From the NCBI GenBank assembly GCA_030531185.1, contig JAUNOG010000007.1, positions 508-64,507 of the forward strand: DNA of 64,000 nt. Direction: 5' to 3'. Below, one piece after another: positions 49,050-59,603 of the stretch. Source of the DNA: Ruminococcus sp. Its GTDB lineage: Bacteria > Bacillota > Clostridia > Oscillospirales > Ruminococcaceae. Position numbers and translations under genes: made by a program. The notes below the pieces were generated by a model. The model was not told where the DNA came from and ran no database searches. It worked only from the letters and a program-made list of their open reading frames with translations. Every line of letters begins with the position of its first letter. Positions within the stretch are counted from its first letter, which is position 1.

Positions 49050-50543
49050 ATGGCTATGACAGCTAAAAAGCGTATTGTTACGGTTATTGTAGTGGTGATT
49101 ATCGTCTGCGCTCTGTGCGGAGGAGGATTTTTGCTGTACAAAAAATTCGGAAAGAGCGGTTCATCAAGCAGTGAAAAGGTTTATGTGCAGAAGGTCTCGG
49201 CGGTGAATACCGTTACGGGGACAAATCTTATGAACAATTCCTTTGCGGGCGTTGTTGAGGCTCAGAAGTCCGTGGACGTTAAGATCGATACCTCAAAGAC
49301 TATTGACGAGGTGCTCGTTGAGGAGGGCTCGGAGGTCAAGAAGGGCGATAAGCTTGTGACCTACGATATAGAGTCTATCCAAATAGATATCGATACGGCT
49401 AAGCTTGAAGTCGAGAGAATGGAAAACGATATCAAGATCAACAAGACCGAAATTCAAAAGCTGGAGGAAGAAAAGAAAAACGTAAGCCAGGACGACCAGT
49501 ATTCCTACAATACGCAGATACTTTCCCTTGAAAGCGACAACGCAAGGACAGAATACGATATAAAGGCTAAAAAGGTCGAAATAACAAAGCTCGAGGACAG
49601 TATGAAAAACGCTTATGTTACGGCGTCCATTGACGGTACGGTCAAGAACCTGAAGGATATCGATGAGCTTCAGAATTCAGACAATCCTGATCTGATTATG
49701 CAGATAAGCGCCGACGGCGATTACAGGGTTAAGGGTATGTTCAACGAGCAGAATGCCGATGATATTACGGTAGGCGCTCCTGTCATACTCAGAAGCAGAG
49801 TTGACGATACCGAGTGGAGCGGAGAGATCAGCGAGATAGATACTAATCCGCAGGAGAACAGCAATGATATGTATGATTACGGCAATACCGACGAAAGCAC
49901 GACTTCCTCTAAGTATGCTTTTTATGTTACTCCGCAGTCGCTTGAGGGCTTTATGCTGGGGCAGCATATCATAATCGATCTTGACAACGGCAGCGAAAGC
50001 GATATAGTCAAAACAGGCATATGGCTTTACAGCGACTTTGTGTGCAAGGACGGCGACAAGAATTACGTATGGGCTAAGGACAGCAAGGACAGAATTGAAA
50101 AGAGATACGTGGAGATAGGCGACAGAGACGAGGAAAACGGCGACTGCGAGATAGTATCGGGTCTTGAAAGCGGCGACTACATAGCGTTCCCTGCGGACTA
50201 TATCAAAGAGGGTATGAGCACTACTACGAACCAGTCGGATGTTTCAGTGCCTGATAACGATCTTACGGTAGACGACGAGGGCTACGGCATTATTGATGAC
50301 GCTGGGACAGTTGATGACGGCGAAATAGTCGAGGGAGACAGCGGAGAAGAAATGTCCTTTGAGGAAATGTACGGCATTACCGAGGAGGAGCTTGAAAGTA
50401 TGACCGACGAGGAAGCCGAAGAATTCTTCAATAACTACTATGCCGAGCAGGGCATAGATATCGACACTGAAAGCGAAGTTACTGAGGACGGTACGCAGGA
50501 CGGAGAAACCGAGCCTGTTGATACCGATGATGCAGCAGAATAA
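49050..50543 (+). CDS. MacA-like adaptor subunit with acidic C-terminal tail
   Basis: N-terminal TM, GSEVKKGD, coiled coil, ASIDGTV, EIVSGL. Confidence 0.87.
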   Translation: MAMTAKKRIVTVIVVVIIVCALCGGGFLLYKKFGKSGSSSSEKVYVQKVSAVNTVTGTNLMNNSFAGVVEAQKSVDVKIDTSKTIDEVLVEEGSEVKKGDKLVTYDIESIQIDIDTAKLEVERMENDIKINKTEIQKLEEEKKNVSQDDQYSYNTQILSLESDNARTEYDIKAKKVEITKLEDSMKNAYVTASIDGTVKNLKDIDELQNSDNPDLIMQISADGDYRVKGMFNEQNADDITVGAPVILRSRVDDTEWSGEISEIDTNPQENSNDMYDYGNTDESTTSSKYAFYVTPQSLEGFMLGQHIIIDLDNGSESDIVKTGIWLYSDFVCKDGDKNYVWAKDSKDRIEKRYVEIGDRDEENGDCEIVSGLESGDYIAFPADYIKEGMSTTTNQSDVSVPDNDLTVDDEGYGIIDDAGTVDDGEIVEGDSGEEMSFEEMYGITEEELESMTDEEAEEFFNNYYAEQGIDIDTESEVTEDGTQDGETEPVDTDDAAE

Positions 50544-50558
50544 GAACGGGAGATAAAT

Positions 50559-51533
50559 ATGGTATTTGAACTGAGAAAAATCTATAAGGATTATCTTCAG
50601 GGCAAAGAGGCTGTGCCTGTTCTGAAGGATATATCAATGTCGGTTGACGAAGGCGAGTATGTGGCTATAATGGGTCCCTCAGGCTCGGGAAAGTCAACGC
50701 TTATGAATATAATCGGCTGTCTGGACAAGCAGACAAAGGGCAGCTTTATCTTTGACGGCGCGGATATAATGGAATGCTCTGACAAGCAGCTTTCGGCTAT
50801 AAGAAATCAGAAGATAGGATTTGTTTTTCAGAACTTCAATCTTATGCCGAGACAGTCCGCTTTGGAGAATGTTGAACTGCCGCTGCTTTATGCGGGAGTT
50901 TCCAAAAAGAAAAGAAGAGAGCTTGCAAAGGAGGCTCTCAAAAGAGTGGGTCTGGAGGACAGAATGAGCTTTAAGCCCACTCAGCTTTCAGGCGGACAGA
51001 AACAGAGGGTCGCCATTGCAAGAGCCATTGTCAACAAGCCCAAGCTGCTCCTTGCGGACGAGCCTACGGGCGCGCTGGACACAAAGTCGGGCGATCAGGT
51101 AATGGAGCTTTTTAAGGAGCTTAACGACGACGGTATGACTATCGTTATGATAACCCACGAGCCTGATATCGCAAAAAGCGCGAGAAAAATTATGTATATA
51201 AGAGACGGCGAGCTCCACGACGGAGCGTTTGACAGCAGGCATAATCCCGCCGCTGAAACGGTCCTCAGCGAAGACACCGAAATGCCAAGGATATCCGAAA
51301 CGACTGTTTCGGAAGATGTAAGCCCCGAAGTTTCCGAGGAAATGCCTGAGCCTGTACAGACAATTAAGACCCAACAGACGGAGAGAAAGAGAGCAGAAAG
51401 AAAAGAACCCGCTCTTAACGATATAGACGAACTGCTGAAAAAATACAGGCAGCAACGCGCAAAGACGGTGGACAAGCCTGCTGAAAGCAAGCCCGATATC
51501 GTGTTCGGGGCAAAGGAGGACGACAATAAATGA
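50559..51533 (+). CDS. MacB/LolD-type ABC ATPase with C-terminal extension
   Basis: GPSGSGKST, FVFQNFNL, LSGGQKQRVAIARA, LLADEPTG, ITH. Confidence 0.95.
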   Translation: MVFELRKIYKDYLQGKEAVPVLKDISMSVDEGEYVAIMGPSGSGKSTLMNIIGCLDKQTKGSFIFDGADIMECSDKQLSAIRNQKIGFVFQNFNLMPRQSALENVELPLLYAGVSKKKRRELAKEALKRVGLEDRMSFKPTQLSGGQKQRVAIARAIVNKPKLLLADEPTGALDTKSGDQVMELFKELNDDGMTIVMITHEPDIAKSARKIMYIRDGELHDGAFDSRHNPAAETVLSEDTEMPRISETTVSEDVSPEVSEEMPEPVQTIKTQQTERKRAERKEPALNDIDELLKKYRQQRAKTVDKPAESKPDIVFGAKEDDNK

Positions 51534-53389
51534 AAAAGCTTATAATACTTCTTCTTTGCGTTGCCATTGTCGGTACGGGAGGATTTTTCGGTTATAAGAA
51601 ATACAGAGCCTCTCAGGACGAAAAAAAGGTAGTGGACGTTGTCCCCGTAAGCCTTATGGCTGAAAGCTCGGATATGTACGATTGGTACAGTTCCGATCTG
51701 AGCGGACAGATAGTTTCGGCGAACTCCCAGAAGGTCTATGTGGACAGTCAGAAGCTGGTGAAAAAAGTATTTGTCAAGAAAGGCGACGAAGTAAAGAAAG
51801 GCGACACGATACTGGAATATGATATGACGGTAGTGGAGCTTGAACTGGCGCAAAAGGAAAATCAGGTCGGAGTTATCGAGGCAAAGATCAAGGCGGCTAA
51901 CAAGGAGCTTAATCAGTATAAGAACCTCCAGCCCTCCGAAAACGCGCCTAAGCCTGAAGAACCCGACGAGCCTGATGAACCTGATATGCCGGACATTCCT
52001 GATGAACCTGATATTCCCGACACGCCCGACAGTTCAACGCCTGATGAGCCGGTTGATCCCGTGACGCCTGTGCAGACGGTCGACAGCGTAAATCCCGCGT
52101 TTGTTCCTGCGGCGGGAACGGGAACAGCCGCAGACCCTTACATTATCAACTGCAATGAAAAGACAAAAGTCACTACGGGATTTATGGCAAGAATTTCCGG
52201 CACTAACAGATTTGCCGAGTTGTGCGTTTACGACGAAAATTCGCAGTTCCTTTATAAGTGGCTGATAAATGCCGCAAATCTTTCCACTAAGGATATGAAA
52301 GAATGGGTAGTTTCGGACGGCGTGGAGATCAACGAGAAAACGGGGCTCATAGCTCTGAGTACGGATATTACGCATTACGGTACATTCTCGGTCAAAATGC
52401 CCGACAGCGTGTCCGATATTGACGACGGCGGTGAGGACGACAGCCTGCCCGATACGGATATCCCCGATTATACCGATATCCCCGACGATACGGACGACTA
52501 CGATTATCCCGACGAGGATTTCGATGATGACGATACGGACGATAATGCTGATCCTTACGATATGAATTATGTTTATTCAAGGGCTGAGCTTAATCAGATG
52601 ATAGCCGAAAAGCAGAACGAAATAAAAGGTCTGGAGATCGATCTGAGAAAGGCTAAGATCGAATATGAAAACGCCAAAAAGCAAAAGTCCGACGGCAAGG
52701 TTGTGGCTGAGGTCGACGGCATTGTGAAGAAGATAGGTACTGCCGCCGATGAGAATGCTGAAAACGACGAGAACGACGAGGGCGAAATTCCCGAAGATGA
52801 AATGTTCCCCGAGGAGGAAGATAACAGCGGAGACAGCGACGCATTTGCGGTCATTGAGGGCGACGGCGGAGTTGAGGTAAGGTGCGAGATCACCGAGCTT
52901 AATCTTCCCAATACGCCAGTGGGAGCAACGGTCAATGTTATGTCTTGGGATACAGGCGCAAGCACCGAGGCTGAGGTAACGAGAATTGACGAAGAACCTT
53001 ATATGTACTCAAATTACAGCTGGGGCGAAAATCCCAATAATTCCACTTATTATGTATATGCAAAGCTTGCGGACTCCACGGATTTCACCGTGGGCAACTG
53101 GGTGCAGGTGAGCCTCAATCAGACCCGGAGCTCCGACAGCAATTCGGTTTATCTGCCTGTTCAGTATGTAAGGCAGGAGGGCGGAGACTACTACATAATG
53201 AAAGCCGATGAAAACAACAGACTGGTCAAGCAGTATGTCAAGGCGGGCAAGATAATGTACGGCTACGCCATTGAGATAAAGGGCGGTCTGAGTATGTCGG
53301 ACAGAATTTGCTTCCCGTTCGGAACAGACGTTAAAGAGGGCGTAAGAACCAAGGACTCGACCGAAATTCTTTACCCTGAAAACTACTAA
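51530..53389 (+). CDS. Second MacA-like adaptor with large Pro/Asp-rich insertions
   Basis: N-terminal TM, KKGDEVKKGD, AEVDGIV; PDEPD repeats. Confidence 0.85.
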   Translation: MKKLIILLLCVAIVGTGGFFGYKKYRASQDEKKVVDVVPVSLMAESSDMYDWYSSDLSGQIVSANSQKVYVDSQKLVKKVFVKKGDEVKKGDTILEYDMTVVELELAQKENQVGVIEAKIKAANKELNQYKNLQPSENAPKPEEPDEPDEPDMPDIPDEPDIPDTPDSSTPDEPVDPVTPVQTVDSVNPAFVPAAGTGTAADPYIINCNEKTKVTTGFMARISGTNRFAELCVYDENSQFLYKWLINAANLSTKDMKEWVVSDGVEINEKTGLIALSTDITHYGTFSVKMPDSVSDIDDGGEDDSLPDTDIPDYTDIPDDTDDYDYPDEDFDDDDTDDNADPYDMNYVYSRAELNQMIAEKQNEIKGLEIDLRKAKIEYENAKKQKSDGKVVAEVDGIVKKIGTAADENAENDENDEGEIPEDEMFPEEEDNSGDSDAFAVIEGDGGVEVRCEITELNLPNTPVGATVNVMSWDTGASTEAEVTRIDEEPYMYSNYSWGENPNNSTYYVYAKLADSTDFTVGNWVQVSLNQTRSSDSNSVYLPVQYVRQEGGDYYIMKADENNRLVKQYVKAGKIMYGYAIEIKGGLSMSDRICFPFGTDVKEGVRTKDSTEILYPENY

Positions 53390-53403
53390 GGAGGAAACGT
53401 ACA

Positions 53404-54678
53404 ATGATCGAAAACATAAGACTTTCCTTCCAGGGTATATTTTCGCATAAGATACGTTCGTTCTTGACTATGCTGGGTATTATTATCGGTATTGCGGCGA
53501 TAATTGCCATTGTGTCCACTATCGAGGGAACTAACGAACAGATAAAGAACAATCTTATCGGCTCAGGCAACAATACCGTAAAGATACAGCTCCAGCAGGG
53601 TGATTATGCGGCGGATTTCACTTATGATACTGTGCCTAACAATATTATCCCGATCTCAGAGGAAAGCAAAAAAAGAATAGAGGAGCTTGAGGAGGTTGAA
53701 AGCTGTACGCTTTACCGCACAAGGAACAATCCCGATAATCTTTTCTATCTGAACACAAAGATCGATTCTGCCATTATTTACGGAATTGACGAGGATTATT
53801 TCAAGACGGCAGGCTACGACATTGCCGAGGGAATAGGCTTTACCGAAAAGCAGTATTCCGATTACTCGAAGGTAGCCATAATTGACACCACTCTTGCAAG
53901 AGGTATTTTTGAGGGCGAAAGTCCCGTAGGAAAGCAGATAGATATATGCGGCGAGCCGTTTACGATAATCGGCGTAGCGGCTAAAAGATCGGGTTTCGAG
54001 CCTGTCATCAATTCTGTGGACGATTACTTCACATATAATCAGACCTCAAGCGGACTGCTGTTTATTCCAACGGCGGACTGGGGAATTTGTTTCCGCTACG
54101 ACGAGCCGCAGAACTGTATAGCAAAGGCTGTGGATACGGACAGTATGACCAATGCGGGAAAGAAAACTGCGGACATACTTAATGAAAACATTCTGGCGGT
54201 ATCCTCGGAGGGAGAAGATACCGCTCAGAATATGGAGTACAAGAGCGAAAGTCTTTTAGAACAGGCTAAGGCTTTGCAGGATCTAAGCTCCTCAACAAAT
54301 AATATGCTTATCTGGATAGCGAGCATCTCTCTGCTGGTAGGCGGTATCGGCGTAATGAATATAATGCTGGTATCGGTAACGGAGAGAACGAGAGAGATAG
54401 GTCTTAAAAAGGCTCTGGGCGCGAGAAAGAGAAGAATACTTGCGCAGTTCCTCACCGAGGCTGTGGTGCTCACAAGCATAGGCGGCGTTATCGGCGTGGT
54501 ATCGGGCATAGGACTTTCAAAGGTTATTGCCAATATTGCAGATGTGCCCGTATCTATATCCACAGTGGCGGTAGTTATCTCGGTAGTCTTTTCAATGGTG
54601 GTCGGAATTGTATTCGGACTTATCCCAAGTATAAAAGCGGCGAGACTTAATCCTATCGACGCTCTTAGATATGAGTAA
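53404..54678 (+). CDS. MacB-type ABC permease
   Basis: RSFLTMLGIIIG, GGIGVMNIMLVSVTERTREIG, PIDALRYE. Confidence 0.96.
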   Translation: MIENIRLSFQGIFSHKIRSFLTMLGIIIGIAAIIAIVSTIEGTNEQIKNNLIGSGNNTVKIQLQQGDYAADFTYDTVPNNIIPISEESKKRIEELEEVESCTLYRTRNNPDNLFYLNTKIDSAIIYGIDEDYFKTAGYDIAEGIGFTEKQYSDYSKVAIIDTTLARGIFEGESPVGKQIDICGEPFTIIGVAAKRSGFEPVINSVDDYFTYNQTSSGLLFIPTADWGICFRYDEPQNCIAKAVDTDSMTNAGKKTADILNENILAVSSEGEDTAQNMEYKSESLLEQAKALQDLSSSTNNMLIWIASISLLVGGIGVMNIMLVSVTERTREIGLKKALGARKRRILAQFLTEAVVLTSIGGVIGVVSGIGLSKVIANIADVPVSISTVAVVISVVFSMVVGIVFGLIPSIKAARLNPIDALRYE

Positions 54679-54703
54679 AATTTTACGGTACATTAAATAA
54701 CGG

Positions 54704-54745
54704 CGGCGGATATCTTACCTTTACGGCACAGATATCCGCCGTTTT
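54704..54745 (+). terminator. Intrinsic terminator
   Basis: CGGCGGATATCT / AGATATCCGCCG followed by TTTT. Confidence 0.8.
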
Positions 54746-54896
54746 ACGCTTTGATTTGGCACTATATTGCTTTAATTCATTAAAATTCGAACTATATTGC
54801 TGTACAGCAAAAGGACGTAAAAATTAATGCTTGAAAAAATTTCAGCGCTGTGATATAATAAAATCCGTACTATAAATTTTGTCAGGAGACCCGGTT

Positions 54897-57179
54897 ATGA
54901 GGAAGAAAAACGGCGAAAGATATAATATAGGTCTGCTTGTGGCAGCGATAACCGATCCCTTCAGCGGTCAGCTTTCACAGGGCGTTATGGCTGCGGCTGA
55001 AAAATACGACGTTAATCTGTGCATTATCCCGGGAAAATATGTGGGGCTGGATTACGGCGCGAAAGAGGCTGATGCAAGGTATGAATATCAGTATAACGCA
55101 TTGTTTTCCTATGCCGCAGCGGGAAAATTTGATTATCTTATAGTTGCTCTGGGCACCATAGCGTACGCTCTTGATAACAGCCAGAAAAAGGAATTGCTTA
55201 AAATATTCGACGGAACGCCTTTGCTAACCGTTGCGGCTGAGGTAAAAGGCTTTGATTATTTGCAGTATGACAACAAGTCGGGTATTGTTCAGGCAGTTGA
55301 TTATCTTGCGCAGGAGCAGGGCAGAAAGCACATCTGTATGATGATAGGCGATCTGAATAATTTTGAATGTGCCGAAAGATACGACGCTTATCTCTACGCG
55401 CTGGATAAAAACGATCTTGATTATGAAAGCCGCTATGTTATCACAAGCGATATTTCCAATTACTGCAAAGATCAGGCGGATAAGCTTATAGATCAAAATC
55501 CTGATGTAGACGCTGTTATATGCGTTAACGATATGATAGCAAGCATAGTTTACGAAGCTCTCAGAGACAGAGGAAAGCGGATAGGAAGAGACGTGGCGGT
55601 GGTGGGATTTGACGATCTTCCTTTAGCCTCTAAGCTTGAACCTCCGCTGTCTTCGGTGCGCGCCGACGCTTTTATGCTGGGCGAAAGGGCTATGGAAAAG
55701 GCTCTGAATTTCCTGAGCGGCAAAGAGGATAACGATCACTTTCTTGCGACCTCGTTTATTCCCAGACAGTCCAGCTACGGCAGATCGGGTATATTCAAGT
55801 CCCCCGACACCATTTTTGACGGGACTTACGACGAGATAATCGCCAGCGTTTCGGCTTATCTTTTTGACAGCAATATTCTTGCGCGTTTACAGCGCGAGGT
55901 CGAGGAATTCTGCGGAAAGGTGCTGGACAACCTTATAAACCGTTTTATAAATAAACCCGCCTCCGAGGACGATCTTCGCTGTATTATGGATCTTACTGAA
56001 AGCTTTTTCAGCAGGGGACATAAGATCGTAGACAAAATAATAAAAATACATAATGTTATAGACAGCGGCTATAAGTGGGTGCTGGAGCGGTGTCCCGATG
56101 AAAGCAGGATTTACGCCACAAGACTGTACGAGTATTTATATAAACGCATAAATATGGTTGTCGTAAGCGACTATAAGCTGTTGGAAGATAAGCAGTCGCA
56201 GTATGTTCATATGTCCAATCTTGTTATCAGGGATACTCTGATGTTTGACGGCAATCTTACCGATTACTATGCGCAGATACTAAAGAGCCTTCATCATATC
56301 GGCAGTGACACAGGCTATCTGTACCTGTTTGAAAAGCCTTTTAAATACCACGACGGAGAGGTGCTTCCGAGAGATATGGATTGGCTGTTCAAGTCATACC
56401 ATTACGGAGCTAATATTTATACAGTCCCCGAAAATTTGCAGAGAATTAAGGCGGATAGGGTCTTTTCAAACGATTATCTGGCGTGGGACAGACGGCATAC
56501 CACCGTTGCGGCGGATCTGTATGTGGGTGAATATCAGTACGGAATGCTCCTTTGCGAGCCTCGCAATGCAGATTTTATGAACGAGCTGGAGCTTATTACT
56601 TACCAGATAAGCGCGGCGGTAAGGACCATTGAAATCCTTCGGGAGCAGGAGAGGATACTTACTACTCTTCACGCTAAAAATCTGGCTCTGGAAAATATAT
56701 CGAAGATTGACGAGCTTACTAAGATATACAACAGGCGGGGATTTTACGAGGCGGCAAGCAAAATGATCGAAAAGCCCGAAAATAAGGGAAGGACCTCCAT
56801 TGTATGCTATGCGGATATGGATAATCTGAAAATGGTCAACGACGGTTACGGTCATATCGAGGGAGATTTTGCGATAAAGTCGCTTGCGGAATGTCTATGC
56901 AAAATTTTCGGCAGTCAAGCCGTTGTGGGCAGAATGGGCGGAGACGAGTATGCCGCCGTTGTTTTCAAGGACCTTGTGGGAACTACGGAGGAGATATATG
57001 CGGCTAAGGACAGGTGCATAGAGGAGCTTAACAGCAGCGCTGAAAAGCCCTACCGCATCAGTTTGTCAATAGGACTGTACGAGTGCGTGTGCGACGACAG
57101 CTACGATTTAAAGGCGGCAATGGATAAGGCGGACGACGAGCTGTATAAGGGTAAGTCAATACGAAAAAAGGAAATATAG
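54897..57179 (+). CDS. Diguanylate cyclase with LacI-type sugar-binding sensor domain
   Basis: N-terminal LacI effector fold (ND..A, VVGFDD, PPLSSV) without HTH; C-terminal DELTKIYNRRG, D.DNLK.VND.YGH, RMGGDEY. Confidence 0.9.
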   Translation: MRKKNGERYNIGLLVAAITDPFSGQLSQGVMAAAEKYDVNLCIIPGKYVGLDYGAKEADARYEYQYNALFSYAAAGKFDYLIVALGTIAYALDNSQKKELLKIFDGTPLLTVAAEVKGFDYLQYDNKSGIVQAVDYLAQEQGRKHICMMIGDLNNFECAERYDAYLYALDKNDLDYESRYVITSDISNYCKDQADKLIDQNPDVDAVICVNDMIASIVYEALRDRGKRIGRDVAVVGFDDLPLASKLEPPLSSVRADAFMLGERAMEKALNFLSGKEDNDHFLATSFIPRQSSYGRSGIFKSPDTIFDGTYDEIIASVSAYLFDSNILARLQREVEEFCGKVLDNLINRFINKPASEDDLRCIMDLTESFFSRGHKIVDKIIKIHNVIDSGYKWVLERCPDESRIYATRLYEYLYKRINMVVVSDYKLLEDKQSQYVHMSNLVIRDTLMFDGNLTDYYAQILKSLHHIGSDTGYLYLFEKPFKYHDGEVLPRDMDWLFKSYHYGANIYTVPENLQRIKADRVFSNDYLAWDRRHTTVAADLYVGEYQYGMLLCEPRNADFMNELELITYQISAAVRTIEILREQERILTTLHAKNLALENISKIDELTKIYNRRGFYEAASKMIEKPENKGRTSIVCYADMDNLKMVNDGYGHIEGDFAIKSLAECLCKIFGSQAVVGRMGGDEYAAVVFKDLVGTTEEIYAAKDRCIEELNSSAEKPYRISLSIGLYECVCDDSYDLKAAMDKADDELYKGKSIRKKEI

Positions 57180-57184
57180 AATTA

Positions 57185-57219
57185 ACGGCATAATGTACAA
57201 ATCGTTGTGCCGTTTTTTG
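57185..57219 (+). terminator. Intrinsic terminator
   Basis: AACGGCATAATG / CGTTGTGCCGTT followed by a T run. Confidence 0.75.
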
Positions 57220-57405
57220 TGCGGGACGCTAAAAAATCCCGTCTGAAAAAAATATAGAAATCAAAGCCTGATCCTTTTTACTTTGTTCAAAAAATTATGT
57301 TATAATGTACTTATAAAGCGGAAAACCTCGGAAGATTTTCCGAAGTTCTTGCGATTGTATAAAAATCTGAACATTAATTTACAATAAGCGAAAGGAAGAT
57401 TTTTT

Positions 57406-58617
57406 ATGAAACTGAAAAAGATTTGCGCCGCTCTGTGCGCTGCGGTGATTTGCGGCACTATGATGTGCGCCTGCGGTTCAGAGGATAGCTCAAAGGCTGA
57501 TAAGACCGACAGCTCGGCGGCAGACAGCGCGGAAAAATCCGATAAGTCTCAGCCCGGTGAAATGAGGGATATAACCTCTATGGAGCTGTGCGGCGAGATG
57601 AACCTCTGCTGGAATTTGGGCAACACTCTGGACGTATGCAACGCCGACAGAGACAGCGACGGTCAAATCGATGAAAATTCCGAGAACGTAGACGAGACGC
57701 TCTGGGGCAACGTAATGACCACTCCCGAAATATTTGAGACCTTGAAGGAACAGGGCTTTAACGCGGTGAGAATTCCTATAACATGGCGCGATCATCTGTC
57801 CGACGATTACACCATTGACGAGGAATGGATGAACAGAGTGCAGGAGGTCGTTGACTACGCATACGATCTGGATATGTACGTTATCATCAATCTCCACCAC
57901 GACGGCGGCGGAGACCCCGATTTCGGCGCGTGGATAAGAGAAAAGGCGGCAAACGACTACGACGACTGGTATGCCGAGTATTCTTCTATCTGGACGCAGA
58001 TATGCGACAGATTTGAAAATTATTCCGACAAGCTGATTTTTGAGTCTATGAACGAAGTGGGCTTTGACGAGCTAAGCAGAAGCAAGCGTTTTGCTCTGCT
58101 CAATCAGATGAACCAGGCTTTTGTCGATCTTGTAAGAAGCACAGGAGGAAACAATCCTAAGAGACACTTGCTTATTGCAGGCTACTGGACGGACATAGAC
58201 CAGACTACTTCAAAGCAGTTTGAAATGCCCACAGACCCCGAGAACAGATGTATAGTATCCGTTCATTATTATACTCCGTGGGAATTCTGCGTTTGCGAAA
58301 ATCAGTACGAATGGGGTACGGACAGCGAAGTCGAGACTATGAAAACTCAGATAAACAAGCTCAAAACCACGTTTATCGACAACGGCGTTCCCGTCATTAT
58401 CGGAGAGTACGGCACAGGAAACAATGAAAATGCAAGCGTGATTTTCTTTGACGAAATGCTTACAAAGATCTGCCACGATATCGGCATTCCCACATTCCTT
58501 TGGGATAACGGTTCTATTTTCAACAGAACTACCCTCGAATGGAACAGACAGGGACTTCTTCCCGCGCTGCAGAAAGCGGTAAGCGGCGAGGATTATGAAG
58601 TTACCAAGGGCGAATAA
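57406..58617 (+). CDS. Glycoside hydrolase family 5 (GH5_4-like endoglucanase) lipoprotein
   Basis: Lipobox-like CACG; WNLGNTLD, RIPITW, INLHHD, FESMNE, VHYYTP, IGEYG, LWDNG. Confidence 0.93.
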   Translation: MKLKKICAALCAAVICGTMMCACGSEDSSKADKTDSSAADSAEKSDKSQPGEMRDITSMELCGEMNLCWNLGNTLDVCNADRDSDGQIDENSENVDETLWGNVMTTPEIFETLKEQGFNAVRIPITWRDHLSDDYTIDEEWMNRVQEVVDYAYDLDMYVIINLHHDGGGDPDFGAWIREKAANDYDDWYAEYSSIWTQICDRFENYSDKLIFESMNEVGFDELSRSKRFALLNQMNQAFVDLVRSTGGNNPKRHLLIAGYWTDIDQTTSKQFEMPTDPENRCIVSVHYYTPWEFCVCENQYEWGTDSEVETMKTQINKLKTTFIDNGVPVIIGEYGTGNNENASVIFFDEMLTKICHDIGIPTFLWDNGSIFNRTTLEWNRQGLLPALQKAVSGEDYEVTKGE

Positions 58618-58646
58618 TTTTAGTTATAGTCCTGTATAGAACGAAA

Positions 58647-58676
58647 AAGGCGATCAGATAACAACCTGATCGCCTT
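58647..58676. terminator. Bidirectional terminator
   Basis: AAGGCGATCAG / CTGATCGCCTT. Confidence 0.8.
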
Positions 58677-58688
58677 ATGTTTTTGCCG

Positions 58689-59555
58689 TTAAATTTTTAT
58701 TGTAATATTCTGGTCATTAACCGTGAAATCCTCTGCCGTTACCACAGCGCAGTTATTCTTTGCGTCGTCATCACCGAATATCTGATCCTTGAAAAGCACG
58801 AAAACGTCCACTAAAATAACGATGATAATTCCCAGAATAAGCAGAATAGGCACAAGCGCGCCCGCTCCCTTTCCGGGTGTAACGTTAGGATTATGTACCG
58901 CGTGAGGAACATAGTTCTGCTGTGCGGGATTTCCGCCGGGTATGAAGTTTGAACCCATAGGAATTTCGCCGTTATTTGCCGTCTGAGCAGTCTGAGCCGC
59001 CTGCTGTACGGGAATTCTTTCGCCCTCGGGCGTGAGTACCGTTTCAGCTTGCTTGGACTGTCCCGCAGAATACATATCCATTACGTCGGGAGTATCGCTT
59101 ACCGACGGAGTTGCTCCTACCGTGACCGTCCGGTTCGCCATAGCTATCTCCTCCGCCGTCGGAGCGGCAGGGGCAGGCGCGGACTGCTTTGGCGCGGCAG
59201 GTTCCTCTCCGGGCATATAAATGCTGTCCATAGTAGGAGTGCTTTCGTCCGTTTTCGGCTTATCCTGTAAGCCGAGCATATCGTCGGTTATAACGGGTAT
59301 CTGAATTTCGTCCATTGTGGGATTGGCGTTTTCACGCTTTTCCTGAGCTTCTCTTTCCGCCTTGGCTTCTTCGCTTTCCTCTCCGAGACCTGTGGGAGAA
59401 CCGCAGATGTTGCAGAACTTAGCGTTCTCGCTGAGAGTGTTTCCGCAAACCTTGCAGGTGTGCTGCTGTATTATTACAGGGAGCTTTCCTCCGCAGGCGG
59501 GACAAAACTTTGCGCCCTCCCGGTACGGAAGTCCGCAGGTAGGACAATCTGCCAT
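58689..59555 (-). CDS. Double zinc-ribbon protein with C-terminal TM
   Basis: Four CxxC pairs (CPTC/CPAC/CKVC/CNIC), disordered linker, one TM. Confidence 0.85.
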   Translation of the reverse strand: MADCPTCGLPYREGAKFCPACGGKLPVIIQQHTCKVCGNTLSENAKFCNICGSPTGLGEESEEAKAEREAQEKRENANPTMDEIQIPVITDDMLGLQDKPKTDESTPTMDSIYMPGEEPAAPKQSAPAPAAPTAEEIAMANRTVTVGATPSVSDTPDVMDMYSAGQSKQAETVLTPEGERIPVQQAAQTAQTANNGEIPMGSNFIPGGNPAQQNYVPHAVHNPNVTPGKGAGALVPILLILGIIIVILVDVFVLFKDQIFGDDDAKNNCAVVTAEDFTVNDQNITIKI

Positions 59556-59603
59556 AATAAAAACCTCGTTTCCTTTAAATTGTTCTAAGTAATTATACGT
59601 TTA

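Noticed and set aside
51950-52050. CCTGATGAA-type DNA repeats
   Set aside because: Explained by the PDEPD low-complexity protein linker
57219-57250. GGGACGCTAAA resembling a c-di-GMP-I riboswitch before the GH5 gene
   Set aside because: It lacks the upstream GGCAAA/GNRA P2 stem and lies upstream of the likely -10 (about 57301)
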